From positions 3,296,001-3,360,000 of the forward strand of contig OZ253470.1 of the NCBI GenBank assembly GCA_965261735.1: DNA of 64,000 bases, written 5' to 3'. Of the stretch, positions 19,629-29,611 are shown in pieces (the stretch's first letter is position 1; each line of letters begins with the position of its first letter). The position numbers and the translations under genes were made by a program. The stretch comes from Alphaproteobacteria bacterium. Lineage in GTDB: Bacteria; Pseudomonadota; Alphaproteobacteria; SHVV01. Below the pieces are notes generated by a model. It made no database searches. It saw only the letters and a list, made by a program, of their open reading frames with translations, and had not been told where the DNA came from.

Positions 19629-20522
19629 TTAGACGTACCACTGTTTGAGGGCGTCTCGCTTGCCGGTGGGGTGCACGAAATAGGGCTCCTTCTTGGCCGC
19701 CTCCTCGAACCACTGCCGCACCTGCGTGTTACGCTCTTCGGGCGCCTGCCTGCGTCCAGATTCCTTAGCCGCCCTTTTCCAGTCCCGCATGGCAACGGCT
19801 TTTCTGAATTCCGGGAATCCATACTCTTCAGCCGACATGAAGATTTTTTCGACGCCCGCATTGTAGGCGATGTCCAGGAGGCCGAGCTTGGCCGTGGGCG
19901 GGAAGGTGTCGAAGCCCGAGAACTCGGTCTTCTGCTTGAGCGCCCCTATCGTTTGCCAGATGTCGAGCACCGCGAGGTCGCCGACGTCGTTCTTCGACAT
20001 CCTGATTTCGGTCAGGGGTTCGAACACGGTGAAAATCCTGTCTTTTAGATCCTGTCTCTTCTTGACCGCTTCATAGGCCTGTCTGATGGCCTCTGCCGTC
20101 GCCGGCTCCTCGTAGTCAATCCCCGGCCGCGCCCAATAGAAACGCAGTTGCTGCGCCGCCTGCGCGCTCTCGATCAGGTGGCCGAGGCCCACGGTCACGT
20201 TGCCCTCGCTATCGAGATACATATACTGGACGCGTCCTTCGGACCTTTCCAGCTGATCGAAATATTCCTTCTCGATGTCCTTCCACGGGAAGGGCGGCCG
20301 CAGCCCAGTGTTGAAAATCTGCTTGAGCTTGGCGTCGCGAACGACGTAGCCCGTACCGCGCTCGACCAGGATGTGTTTGTGCCACTTCCAGTGGTAGGCC
20401 CAGGCGGCAAGCTTCTTCAGGCGCTCGGCGATGTAGTCCGGCTTGACCTTGAACTTGGTGAAACCGGCGTGGCGCGCGTCTTTCTTCTCGATGTTCCGGG
20501 CCTCGATCATGAAGCTCATCAC
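19629..20522 (-). CDS. T4-lysozyme-like muramidase with unknown N-terminal domain
   Basis: EGRVQYMYLDSEGNVTVGLGHL has E-x8-D-x5-T spacing as in T4 lysozyme E11/D20/T26; LLDIAYNAG and DWKRAAKES helices. Confidence 0.85.
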   Translation of the reverse strand: MMSFMIEARNIEKKDARHAGFTKFKVKPDYIAERLKKLAAWAYHWKWHKHILVERGTGYVVRDAKLKQIFNTGLRPPFPWKDIEKEYFDQLERSEGRVQYMYLDSEGNVTVGLGHLIESAQAAQQLRFYWARPGIDYEEPATAEAIRQAYEAVKKRQDLKDRIFTVFEPLTEIRMSKNDVGDLAVLDIWQTIGALKQKTEFSGFDTFPPTAKLGLLDIAYNAGVEKIFMSAEEYGFPEFRKAVAMRDWKRAAKESGRRQAPEERNTQVRQWFEEAAKKEPYFVHPTGKRDALKQWYV

Positions 20523-20687
20523 CGCTCTCCCGCGTTTGATGCGTTACGCATCATTATACGATACGTTAGGAGACGTGTGAATTCATAACGAATTGGGGAA
20601 TACGGGCGCGGGAGGGCGCGTCGATGAGCGCGATTGTTGGCGGGCGGGCGTCGATTCAGCCGAGCTTATGCGGAGGGACGCGGCGAG

Positions 20688-20832
20688 GCCCACCCTTCGA
20701 CAGGCTCAGGGTGAGGCGGAGTCTGGTGCCGGCCTCACCCTTCGACAGGCCCAGGGTGAGGAGCCGCACCAACCCTCATGCTGAGCTTGTCGAAGCAGGA
20801 GCGCCAGCAGGCCCACCCGTTGACAGGCTCGG
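20688..20832. repeat. REP-like repeat cluster
   Basis: CCCTTCGACAGGCTCAGGGTGAGG x2, an inverted CCTCATGCTGAGCTTGTCGAAG and a degenerate fourth unit. Confidence 0.8.
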
Positions 20833-20943
20833 CCAATCGTGGGGTGTGGCGCGCGGCGTCGCCACCTGTGCGAGGATTAAGGTAGGGGCGGGTTTGAAAC
20901 CTGCCGTTGCGGGCCGGCTCGGGGCCGGCGGCCGAATGGACGC

Positions 20944-21168
20944 CTATTTGAGGCCGAAGCCCTCGAAGCGCTTCTGGAACTTGGCCACCTGGCCGCCGGT
21001 GTCGACGAGGCGCAGGCCGCCGCCGGTCCAGGCCGGGTGCGACTTGGGGTCGATGTCGAGCTTGAGCACGTCGCCCGCCGCGCCCCAGGTCGAGCGGGTC
21101 GTGAAGGTGGTGCCGTCGGTAAGCACCACCGTGATTTCGTGGTAGTCCGGGTGGGTGTCTTTCTTCAT
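20944..21168 (-). CDS. rpmE: 50S ribosomal protein L31
   Basis: [10 protein letters not shown]...[14 protein letters not shown]...KFQKRF. Confidence 0.96.
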   Translation of the reverse strand: MKKDTHPDYHEITVVLTDGTTFTTRSTWGAAGDVLKLDIDPKSHPAWTGGGLRLVDTGGQVAKFQKRFEGFGLK

Positions 21169-21300
21169 CGGGCGAGCCTCTTGTGGACGGCGCACGGTTT
21201 ATAGGCGACGCCGCGCGCGCTGGCAAGCGCCGCCGACTTGTTGGCGGCACCCAGGATTGCTAGGCTCGCGCTCCTTGGACTGCGGCAGCGGGATCGCCAT

Positions 21301-21630
21301 ATGGCGCTCGATGAACGAGCCTTCGCAACACTCGCCGACGAGACGCTCGCGCGCATCGCCGAGCGCATCGAGGCCGCAGACGACGATCTCGAGGTCGATC
21401 TCGAGGGCAGCGTCCTGCAGATCGAGACGCCGTCGGGCGAGATCTTCGTCCTCAACAAGCATGCGCCGCTGTGCCAGCTGTGGCTCTCCTCGCCGATGAG
21501 CGGGGCCAGCCACTACGCCTGGGACGCGGCCCGCGCCGGCTGGTTCTCGACCCGCGGCGGCGCGGCCCTCGGCACAGTCCTGAGCGGCGACCTGAGCTCG
21601 GTCGCCGGCCTCGACGTGAGCTTCGACTGA
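21301..21630 (+). CDS. cyaY: Frataxin/CyaY iron donor
   Basis: GSVLQIE, FVLNKHAPLCQLWLSSPMSGASHY. Confidence 0.9.
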   Translation: MALDERAFATLADETLARIAERIEAADDDLEVDLEGSVLQIETPSGEIFVLNKHAPLCQLWLSSPMSGASHYAWDAARAGWFSTRGGAALGTVLSGDLSSVAGLDVSFD

Positions 21631-21653
21631 GCGCCCATGCCGACGGTGACAGG

Positions 21654-23468
21654 GTGAGCGTAACCGGCGCGTCCGAGCGCAGCGCCGAGCCGCGCGCGGG
21701 CGCCGGCCTCGGCAAGCTGCGACGCCTGCTGCCTTTCGTCGCGCCCTACCGGCTCGTGGTCCTAGGCGCAGTGCTGGCGCTCACGGTGGCCGCGGGCGCG
21801 ATGCTGGCCATCGGCCAGGCCCTGCGCCGGGTCGTCGACCTCGGCTTTCGCGCCGAGAACGCCGAGTTCCTCGACCAGTACTTCATCGGCCTGTTCGGTG
21901 TGGTCGCGGTGCTGGCGGCCGCCACCTACGGCCGCTTCTTTCTCGTCTCGTGGCTCGGCGAGCGCGTCGTCGCCGACCTCCGCAGCGCCGTCTACGACCG
22001 CGTGATCGGGCTCGACCTCGCCTATTTCGAGGTCACGCGGACGGGCGAGGTGCTCTCGCGCCTGACCACCGACGCGACGTTCATCGAATCGGTAGTCGGC
22101 TCGACCGCCTCGGTGGCGCTGCGCAACGTGCTGCTGTTCCTCGGCGGCACGGTCCTGCTCGTCGTCACGAGCCCCAAGCTCGCGGGCCTCACCTTCCTCA
22201 TCGTCCCGGTCGTCGTGCTACCGATCGTGGTCTTCGGACGGCGCGTGCGGCGGCTGTCGCGCGCGAGCCAGGACCGCATCGCCGACGTCGGCGCGCTCGC
22301 CGGCGAGACGCTCAACGCCGTGCAGACCGTGCAGGCGTTCACCCACGAGGACGTCGACCGCCGCCATTTCCGCGCGCGCGTCGACGCCGCGTTCCGCACC
22401 GCCATTCGCCGCATTCGCATGCGCTCCGGGCTCACGGCCGCGGTCATCCTGCTGGTGTTCGGCGCCGTCGATGCGGTGCTGTGGATCGGCGCCACCGATG
22501 TCGCCCGCGGCGCGATGAGCGGCGGCGAGCTTGCCGCGTTCGTCTTCTACGCCATTGTCGTCTCCGGCGCCGTCGGCGCGCTGAGCGAGGTCTACGGAGA
22601 GTTCCAGCGCGCAGCGGGCGCGGCCGAGCGCCTCATCGAGCTGCTCGAGACCGAGCCCTCGATCACCCCACCGGCGCATCCGGTGGCGCTGCCCGAGCCG
22701 GTGCAGGGTGCGCTGGTGATGGACGACGTGACGTTCTGCTATCCCTCGCGCCCCGAAACCCCGGCGCTGGCCAACTTCTCGCTCACCATCGCGCCGGGCG
22801 AGCGCGTGGCGCTGGTGGGCCCTTCGGGCGCCGGTAAGAGCACCGTGTTCCAGCTCATCTTGCGCTTCTTCGATGCGACAGCCGGGACCCTCTCGCTCGA
22901 CGGCGTGGCGCTTGCCGACGCCGATCCCCGGGTGCTGCGCTCGCGCATCGGCCTGGTCTCCCAGGAACCCGTCATCTTCGGCGGCGATGCCACCGAGAAC
23001 ATCCGCTACGGCCGGCCCGACGCGAGCGAGGACGAGGTTCGCGCGGCCGCGGTGGCCGCCGCGGCCGACGGATTCCTCGATAAGCTCCCGCAGGGCTACG
23101 CCACCTATCTCGGCGAGCGCGGCGTACGTCTCTCCGGCGGCCAGCGCCAACGTATCGCCATCGCCCGCGCGATTCTGCGCAACCCGGCGCTGCTCCTGCT
23201 CGACGAGGCGACCAGCGCGCTCGACGCCGAGAGCGAGCGCAAGGTGCAGGCGGCGCTCGAGCCGCTGATGGTGGGCCGGAGTACGCTGGTCATCGCCCAC
23301 CGCTTCGCCACCGTGCTCAAGGCCGACCGCATCATCGTCATGGATAAGGGCCGCGTCCTCGCCCAGGGCAGCCACGCGGAGCTCATGGCCGAGGGTGGCC
23401 TCTACGCCCGCCTCGCCGCGCTCCAGTTCGATATGACCGAGGCGAGCATCGGAGCGGCGGCGCAGTAG
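21654..23468 (+). CDS. ABC exporter, fused TMD-NBD (MsbA-related)
   Basis: SWLGERVVADLR, GPSGAGKST, LSGGQRQR, LLLDEATSALD; GTG start inferred. Confidence 0.93.
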   Translation: MSVTGASERSAEPRAGAGLGKLRRLLPFVAPYRLVVLGAVLALTVAAGAMLAIGQALRRVVDLGFRAENAEFLDQYFIGLFGVVAVLAAATYGRFFLVSWLGERVVADLRSAVYDRVIGLDLAYFEVTRTGEVLSRLTTDATFIESVVGSTASVALRNVLLFLGGTVLLVVTSPKLAGLTFLIVPVVVLPIVVFGRRVRRLSRASQDRIADVGALAGETLNAVQTVQAFTHEDVDRRHFRARVDAAFRTAIRRIRMRSGLTAAVILLVFGAVDAVLWIGATDVARGAMSGGELAAFVFYAIVVSGAVGALSEVYGEFQRAAGAAERLIELLETEPSITPPAHPVALPEPVQGALVMDDVTFCYPSRPETPALANFSLTIAPGERVALVGPSGAGKSTVFQLILRFFDATAGTLSLDGVALADADPRVLRSRIGLVSQEPVIFGGDATENIRYGRPDASEDEVRAAAVAAAADGFLDKLPQGYATYLGERGVRLSGGQRQRIAIARAILRNPALLLLDEATSALDAESERKVQAALEPLMVGRSTLVIAHRFATVLKADRIIVMDKGRVLAQGSHAELMAEGGLYARLAALQFDMTEASIGAAAQ

Positions 23469-23509
23469 GCGGCCGCCGGGCCGCCAGGCCCCGAGCGGCC
23501 GACCCGCGC

Positions 23510-24565
23510 TCAGATTGCGTCGGCGATGGCGCGGCCCGCGTCCTCGGTCGAGGCGCGCCCGCCGAGGTCGGGCGTCAGTGCCCGCCCCCCCACAACCACG
23601 CGCTCGATGGCCGCGACGATGGCGGCGGCAGCCTCGGGGTGGCCGAGGTGGTCGAGCATCATGGCGCCCGACCAGATTTGCGCGATCGGATTGGCGATGC
23701 CCTGGCCGGCGATATCGGGCGCCGAGCCGTGCACGGGCTCGAACATCGACGGTGCGGTGCGCTCGGGATTGAGGTTGGCCGAGGGCGCGAGGCCCATGCC
23801 CCCGGCCACCGCCGGGCCGAGGTCGGAGAGGATGTCGCCGAACAGGTTGCTACCGACGACGACGTCGAACCAATCGGGATGGCGCACGAAATGCGCCGTC
23901 AGAATGTCGATGTGAAACTTGTCGACGCGCACGTCGGGGTAGTCGGCAGCCGAGGTCTCCATGCGCTCGTCCCAGTAGGGCATGGTGTGGATGATCCCGT
24001 TGGACTTGGTCGCGGACGTCAGGTGCTTGCGCGGCCGCGAGCGCGCGAGTTCGAGGGCGAAGCGCTGCACCCGATCGACGCCGGTGCGCGTGAACACCGA
24101 CTCCTGGACGACCATCTCCTGCGCCGTGCCGGCGTAGAGCCGACCGCCGATCTCGCAATACTCGCCCTCGACGTTCTCGCGCACGACGATGAAGTCGATG
24201 TCCTCGGGCCCGCGGTCGCGCAGCGGCGATGCGAGGCCCGGCAGCAGGCGAACCGGGCGCAGGTTGACGTACTGGTTGAAGGCACGGCGAATGGGGATCA
24301 ACAGTCCCCACAACGACACGTGATCGGGCACGCCGGGATAGCCGACGGCGCCGAGGTAGATGGCATCGAAGGGCGCCAGACGAGCCAGGCCGTCCTCGGG
24401 CATCAGGCACCCGGTCGCGGCATAGTCCTCGCACGACCAGTCGAAGGTCTCGACATCGAACTCGACGCCGAAGCGCCGGCCCGCAGCCTCGAGGGCGCGC
24501 AGGCCCTCGGGCATGACCTCGCGCCCGATCCCGTCGCCCGGGATTACGGCGATGCGGTGGCTCAT
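23510..24565 (-). CDS. Tartrate dehydrogenase/decarboxylase
   Basis: IPGDGIG, PDHVSLWGLL, SATKSNG, NLFGDILSD, FEPVHGSAPDIAG. Confidence 0.9.
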   Translation of the reverse strand: MSHRIAVIPGDGIGREVMPEGLRALEAAGRRFGVEFDVETFDWSCEDYAATGCLMPEDGLARLAPFDAIYLGAVGYPGVPDHVSLWGLLIPIRRAFNQYVNLRPVRLLPGLASPLRDRGPEDIDFIVVRENVEGEYCEIGGRLYAGTAQEMVVQESVFTRTGVDRVQRFALELARSRPRKHLTSATKSNGIIHTMPYWDERMETSAADYPDVRVDKFHIDILTAHFVRHPDWFDVVVGSNLFGDILSDLGPAVAGGMGLAPSANLNPERTAPSMFEPVHGSAPDIAGQGIANPIAQIWSGAMMLDHLGHPEAAAAIVAAIERVVVGGRALTPDLGGRASTEDAGRAIADAI

Positions 24566-25059
24566 GAGGCGGTGGCGGCTGGCGCCGCGTCGCCGTCGAG
24601 GCGCAGCTCGAAGAACATCACGCCGGGCAGCGGATTGTCGTTGTAGGCCGGGATTTGCGTGAAACCCAGGTCGCGGTACAGCGTGAGGGCGGCGGCCAGA
24701 TGCGGCAAGGTATCGAGGCGCATGACGCCGTAGCCCAGGTCCCGCCCCTTGTCCACGATGGCGGTGGCGAGGCGGCGCCCCAGGCCCGTCCCGCGAAAGC
24801 GCGGCCGGACATAGAGCCGCTTCATCTCGCATGCGGTGCCCATCAGCGGCCGAAGCCCCACCGCGCCGGCCGCCCAGCGAGGTGCGCGCGCCAGCAGGAG
24901 ACAGCCGCCGGTCGATGCGTAGGCGCCGGGAAAGCCGGCGATTTCCTCATCGAACCCCTGAAAGCACAAGTCGACGCCAAGCGCGTCCACGTACTCGACG
25001 AACAGCGTCTTCCCCGCCTCGATATCGGGTGCGGACCGTGCCTCGACGATATCGGCCAT
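24562..25059 (-). CDS. GNAT N-acetyltransferase
   Basis: LCFQGF, CEMKRLYV, RGTGLGRRL, MRLDTL. Confidence 0.9.
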   Translation of the reverse strand: MADIVEARSAPDIEAGKTLFVEYVDALGVDLCFQGFDEEIAGFPGAYASTGGCLLLARAPRWAAGAVGLRPLMGTACEMKRLYVRPRFRGTGLGRRLATAIVDKGRDLGYGVMRLDTLPHLAAALTLYRDLGFTQIPAYNDNPLPGVMFFELRLDGDAAPAATAS

Positions 25060-25105
25060 GGCGCGACACTAGTAGTCCGCCGGGCCCGTGGCCAGCGCCA
25101 CGGCA

Positions 25106-25897
25106 TCAGACGGTGATCGTGCCCTCGAGGTAGAGCACACAGCGACCCTCGATGACGACGCGATCGCCCGCTAGCCGGCATTGAAGCTCGCCGCCGCGCC
25201 GCGATATCTGCGCCGCGGCGAACTCGCTCTTGCCGAGCCGCGACGCCCAATAGGGCGCCAGCGCGCACTGCGCCGAGCCCGTCACCGGGTCCTCGGGCAC
25301 CCCGAGCGCGGGGGCGAAGAAGCGCGATACAAAGTCGTGGTTGCGCCCGGGTGCGGTGACGATGACGCCCGGGCGGTCTAGGCGCGCGAGCGCGGCCATA
25401 TCGGGGGCGAGGCGCGCGAGCGTGTCCTCGGTCTCGACCACCGCGAGATAGTCGCGCTCGCCGGCGCTCAGCACCTCCAGCGGCACCAGCCCCAGAGCAT
25501 CCTCGAGCCCGGCGGGAGGGGGGCAGGGCTGCGGCACCAGCGCCGGGAAATCCATCGCCAGCCGATCGCCGACCTTGTCGACGCTGAGGGTCCCACTCTC
25601 GCGTGTCGTGAAAGCAACCTGGCTCAGTCCGCGTTCGAGCAGCTCGAACAGGACGAAGGCCGAGGCCAGCGTCGCATGGCCGCACAGGGCAAACTCGGCG
25701 ACGGGCGTGAACCAGCGCAATGCGTAGGCGCCGCCCTCGCCGGCAACGAAGAAGGCCGTCTCCGAAAGATTGTTCTCCGCCGCGATGCCCTGGAGCAGCG
25801 AATCGTCGAGCCAGCCCTCAAGCGGACACACGGCGGCGGGGTTGCCCGCGAACACGGCGCTCGCAAAGGCATCGACCTGGTAAAGCGGCAGCCGCAC
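25106..25897 (-). CDS. PhzF family isomerase
   Basis: VDAF, GNPAAV, NLSETAF, LCGHATLA, EDPVTGSA. Confidence 0.92.
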   Translation of the reverse strand: MRLPLYQVDAFASAVFAGNPAAVCPLEGWLDDSLLQGIAAENNLSETAFFVAGEGGAYALRWFTPVAEFALCGHATLASAFVLFELLERGLSQVAFTTRESGTLSVDKVGDRLAMDFPALVPQPCPPPAGLEDALGLVPLEVLSAGERDYLAVVETEDTLARLAPDMAALARLDRPGVIVTAPGRNHDFVSRFFAPALGVPEDPVTGSAQCALAPYWASRLGKSEFAAAQISRRGGELQCRLAGDRVVIEGRCVLYLEGTITV

Positions 25898-25901
25898 GAG
25901 C

Positions 25902-26838
25902 CTACGGAGTTTTGGCGGCGGCGAAGGTGCCGGAGGCGTCGTAGCCGGAGCCGGTCAGGCTGATGTGCCCGCCGGTCTCGGCGACCTTATCGGTACCGGT
26001 GGAGTTCTGCACGAAGGAGCCGAGGAAGGAGCCGGTCCGGCCCGAATGCACGCCGGCGCCGGTGACCGAGCCCGAGTACTTGTGGCCGGCACTCGCAGAG
26101 ACGATGGAGATGCCGAAGCCCGAGAAAGAGCCGCCGTCGAAGTCGGTGACGTTGAAGGTCGAGGCGGCGGGGTTGCCGAAGTTGGCGACAAAGGCCAGGT
26201 TGCCGGCGGCGAAGTAGGAATCGCTGCCGTTGAGGACGCTGGTCGCGATGTGGCCAGAATAGGTCGCGGTGCCGGTCGACGGAATATCGGCGAGGTCCGG
26301 GATGCGCCCGGCAACCCACGTTGCGCCGTGAATGCGCTCGAAGGTCAAGCCGCCGCTCGGTTGCAGCTCGCCGCCCCAGAAGCCCCATTTGAGGAAGTTG
26401 CAGTCGCACAGCGTGATCGTCGACGAAAGGCCGGGGATGCTCTCGGTAGTGAACATGTAATGGTTGGAGATGCTCACCGTGACGCCGTCGAAGCGCGATT
26501 TGGTATCGGGGTTCGCGACGGCACCGAAGGCATCGTCGTCGATGAAGGCGCTGTGTTCAGCGCCGTCGAACGAGGTGCCGAAGGCGGTCACGTCTTCATC
26601 GCCGAACTGCGCGATGATCGGCGTGAAGGGCGAGACGATCTGGTTGACGGCGATGGTGGCGAGCACCTTGTTCGCCTCGGCGCTGGTCTGCACCCTGATG
26701 TCGATCAGATCGTTAGTGTTGTTCTGGAACAGCTTCTCGGAAATGAGCGCCCCGGTGCTGGTGTTGATCGACTGGACGGCGCCGCCGGAATAGCCGTGTA
26801 GCGCGTTCGAAGATACTTGGGTCGTGCGCGTACCGAGA
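25902..26838 (-). pseudogene. C-terminal part of a large secreted/surface beta-rich protein, 5' end removed at ISKra4 copy 2
   Basis: Frame stays open up to the IS end (LGTRTTQVSSNALHGYSGG...); CDCNFLKWGFWGG, IPSTGTATYSGH, ASGTFAAAK resemble TbpB-like barrel C-termini. Confidence 0.7.
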
Positions 26839-26839
26839 G

Positions 26840-28483
26840 GGGTGCGAGTCTCGCATGGCAGTGATGTCTGCGGCTTGGTTCGTTGAGTTCAGGCAGCGAT
26901 TGCCATGGCTGCTGCACGTGGACTGATGTTGTCGTTGGCCGGTGTGTCGGTTGCGCTGATCAGGGCCTTCCATGCGCGCTCGAAGCGGCCGGATTTGATC
27001 AGGGCGCGGAAGGTCAGAACAGCCTGTCCGCCGACGATCCGCCAGCGCATGCCGGAGCGCTTCATGCGCTGTGTCACCAGGGATCTTGTTGGCAGCCTCG
27101 ACCACGCCTGAGCCGATGGCGATGCCCTCTTCCTTCAGGGCGTGGTAGCGCATGCGATGGCGATGCTTGCGGAAGAAGGCGAGTTCCCGCTCGGTCTCGG
27201 CCCGGTCCGGCGCAGCGGCGGCATCGCGAAGGTGGCGCAGCGCCCGGATCACCTTGGCGACGCCACGGGGATCGTGACGGAGGATCTCGCGGTACTTCTC
27301 GAACCAGCCGGGCGCCACGGCATGGTCGGACGCGGTTTGCAGATGTTCGCAAGCATGCCAGAAGTCGATCACCTCGGTTTCGGGCGACAGGGTCTCCAGG
27401 AAGGTCCAGTTGTCGGCGGCGCCATCGGCGATAGCGACGATCCCGATCTCGGGGCGTGCTCGCCTGATGTGTGCGACTTCGCTTGCAAGCTGCGCCTTCA
27501 GCGTGAGCTTGCCGCTCTCCGGCATGGGGCCGAGATAGAGGGTCTTCAGGCGCTTGCCCTCGGCGTCGTGGAAGGAGACCGTGCCGCAGGCGGCCTCGCG
27601 CCAGGAGGCCTTGGCGCGACCGTCCTCGCCGGGTCTCAGCGACACCATGACGCCGTCGAGGGAGACCGAGGCGGTGGTCGCGTCCTGCGGTATGCCCTCG
27701 GCCTCACGGATGCTGCCCAGCGTCTCCGGGCCGAGGCTCTCCCAGCATTCGTGCATGCTCAGGGTCAGGCGCTCACCGACGGCGTCATGGCGCCGGTCTT
27801 CGCAAAGAACGCCGCCGCTTCCCGGGCCGTGCAGCGACCCATCATCAGCAGACCGAGCTCGGCCGCCGGCCGCGTCAGGTAATCGTCGACGAGGCCCAGG
27901 CTCTCGTCGACCGGCACCGGCGATGCCCCGCTCGCGCCGCTGCGGTAACGCGCTCGCCGGTAGGTCACCGGACCGAGCGAGGTCATGATCGTCTTCGGCG
28001 TCACCGCGACCCGGAACCAGCTCTGCCCGTCCCGCTCGATCCGGGAAGCGCCATCGTCCCGGTTCTCGATGACGGCGCCCATGACATCGCGAGCGAACTC
28101 GTTCGTGGCCTCACGCACCCGCAACTCGACCTCCTCGGGTGCCTCGGGGCGCGGCTCGGAACGAAGCTCCTCGCGACACAGTGCGAGCACCCGGGCGGCC
28201 GCCTCGACGACCCGAGGAGGCAGGCCGGAAAGATCGATGGACGAAGGCGCCGGAGGCGGGATACTGCCATGGGAATGCTCCCGATGTTGGGTTTCGAGAC
28301 ACGGCATCGTACCGCTTCTGGCGGTGCGGAGCGTTCCCACCTTCCCCTGCTCGACCCTGCCGTCGTGACAAAATCCTGCCTTGGAGCGGCCCATTGTCAC
28401 GAATAGCCGTTTTCGGCCGTTCGTCTCGACACAAAAACCGCACTAAATCAATGACTTGGATTTTCCATACCAGACCCACACCC
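26840..28483 (-). mobile_element. ISKra4-family IS, copy 2, frameshifted transposase, no TSD
   Basis: Near-identical to 6462-8105; flanks ACCGAGAG / GGCAGCTT differ. Confidence 0.9.
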
Positions 28484-28744
28484 GGCAGCTTTCGGTTCCA
28501 GTTCGATTTGTGAACAATTTCGGATATCTCAATCTATTTCGACCCAGATACCTCTATAACACGCTGTTATTATTTAATATTATATCCACTCCAGAGACTC
28601 GTCGCACAAACGCCCTCAAATATACGTAATCATTTCGCAAGAGGATTCGTTCTAATTCAGGCGCATTCAAGCGCACATTTGTCGTAACGTTTCACCAACA
28701 TCCCAACATCGGGGGTAACCGTTCCACCGTTCCCCCGAGGCGTG

Positions 28745-29159
28745 TACGCACGCAGAGCTTGTAGCCGTGTTCGATACGCACTCCGGCGAGATCCGTCGCT
28801 GGACCGGTAAATCCTATCCAGTGGATGGGCAGCAGCACACCCTGGACCACGTGAAGGACCTCGGCACGCATTTCCTCGAACTCGGCTCCGAGCGCCTCCT
28901 CCTTCTCGGCTGCCATGATCTGTTGCTCTTCGCCGCTCGAGGCAGGCCGTCGGTGCACGGTCCCACGCCCAAGGAAGAACGGTGCCGGCGCATGATTGGA
29001 CTAGCCCGGGAGTTCGAGCCGACGATGATCCTCCATCATCCCCACACGACCTACTCGCCGAGAGTCTGGGCAGGCGCATGGGGCGCAATGCCGAAGCACA
29101 TCGCACGGAGCCCGACGTCCCGGCAAACCGCTGAGGCAGTACCGCCCTGGAGGGCTTGA
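28745..29159 (+). pseudogene. Fragment of a hypothetical protein (possibly nitrilase-like fold)
   Basis: AELVAVFD...WTGKSYP...LLLGCHDL...ILHHPHTT; 5' part missing. Confidence 0.4.
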
Positions 29160-29194
29160 AGCGAATCCGCGCAACCCCGCGCACCATCGAGCCA

Positions 29195-29419
29195 GACACA
29201 AGTATCTCAGCCACGTTCCGGCGCTTCCGCGCCTCGCTCCAGCGACGGTGACGACGGCGAACCCGACCGTCGCCCCCGGTGCCTGACTGCTCCGCTTCGT
29301 CCGACATCCTTACAAGTGTCCACTTATCCTCGATGGACACTTACAACGCGCCCACCTCCGAGCGCGCACCCTCCTCGATCCCGGACAAATGCGACAGACG
29401 GCCTACGCCGAATGCCTAC
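29195..29419 (-). mobile_element. IS66 remnants (left end with TnpA N-terminus; probable second end)
   Basis: GTAAGTGTCC end at 29344 (-), RRRHRRWSEARKRRNVAE TnpA-like; CGCCGAATGCCTAC end-like sequence at 29419. Confidence 0.6.
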
Positions 29420-29525
29420 GGGTCTGCAGAGCTCAGGCGGAGGGAGCGCGGATGTGGAGGGAGACGGGTAGGGGGCCTTCTGAGCGCTCCCACAATACTC
29501 CACGAAAGCTCTGCCTTTTTTGGTG

Positions 29526-29554
29526 TTGACATGGAGTTATGGGGAGAATATAGG
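29526..29554 (+). promoter_or_regulatory. Sigma70-type promoter
   Basis: TTGACA-N17-TATAGG upstream of the 29612 ORF. Confidence 0.55.
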
Positions 29555-29611
29555 AGATTTACCGAAGCATTATTAAGGTGCTTCATTTACCTATGAAGAA
29601 GGAGCAGGGAC

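Noticed and set aside
15661-19730. CRISPR array or DGR template/variable repeats
   Set aside because: Repeats are ~100 bp, ~1 kb or more apart and gene-derived; differences are not adenine-specific; no cas or RT gene present
19629-20522. Prophage lysis cassette
   Set aside because: No holin, spanin, integrase or virion genes adjacent; flanks are core genes
20688-20832. Mini-CRISPR
   Set aside because: Units occur in both orientations with irregular short spacers, typical of REP clusters
6462-28483. Composite transposon bounded by the two direct ISKra4 copies
   Set aside because: Copy 1 has its own TSD, the outer flanks do not match, and the interior is housekeeping genes
28484-28640. attL/attR site or tRNA remnant at the island edge
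   Set aside because: AT-rich and suggestive, but I found no tRNA 3' end or matching direct repeat
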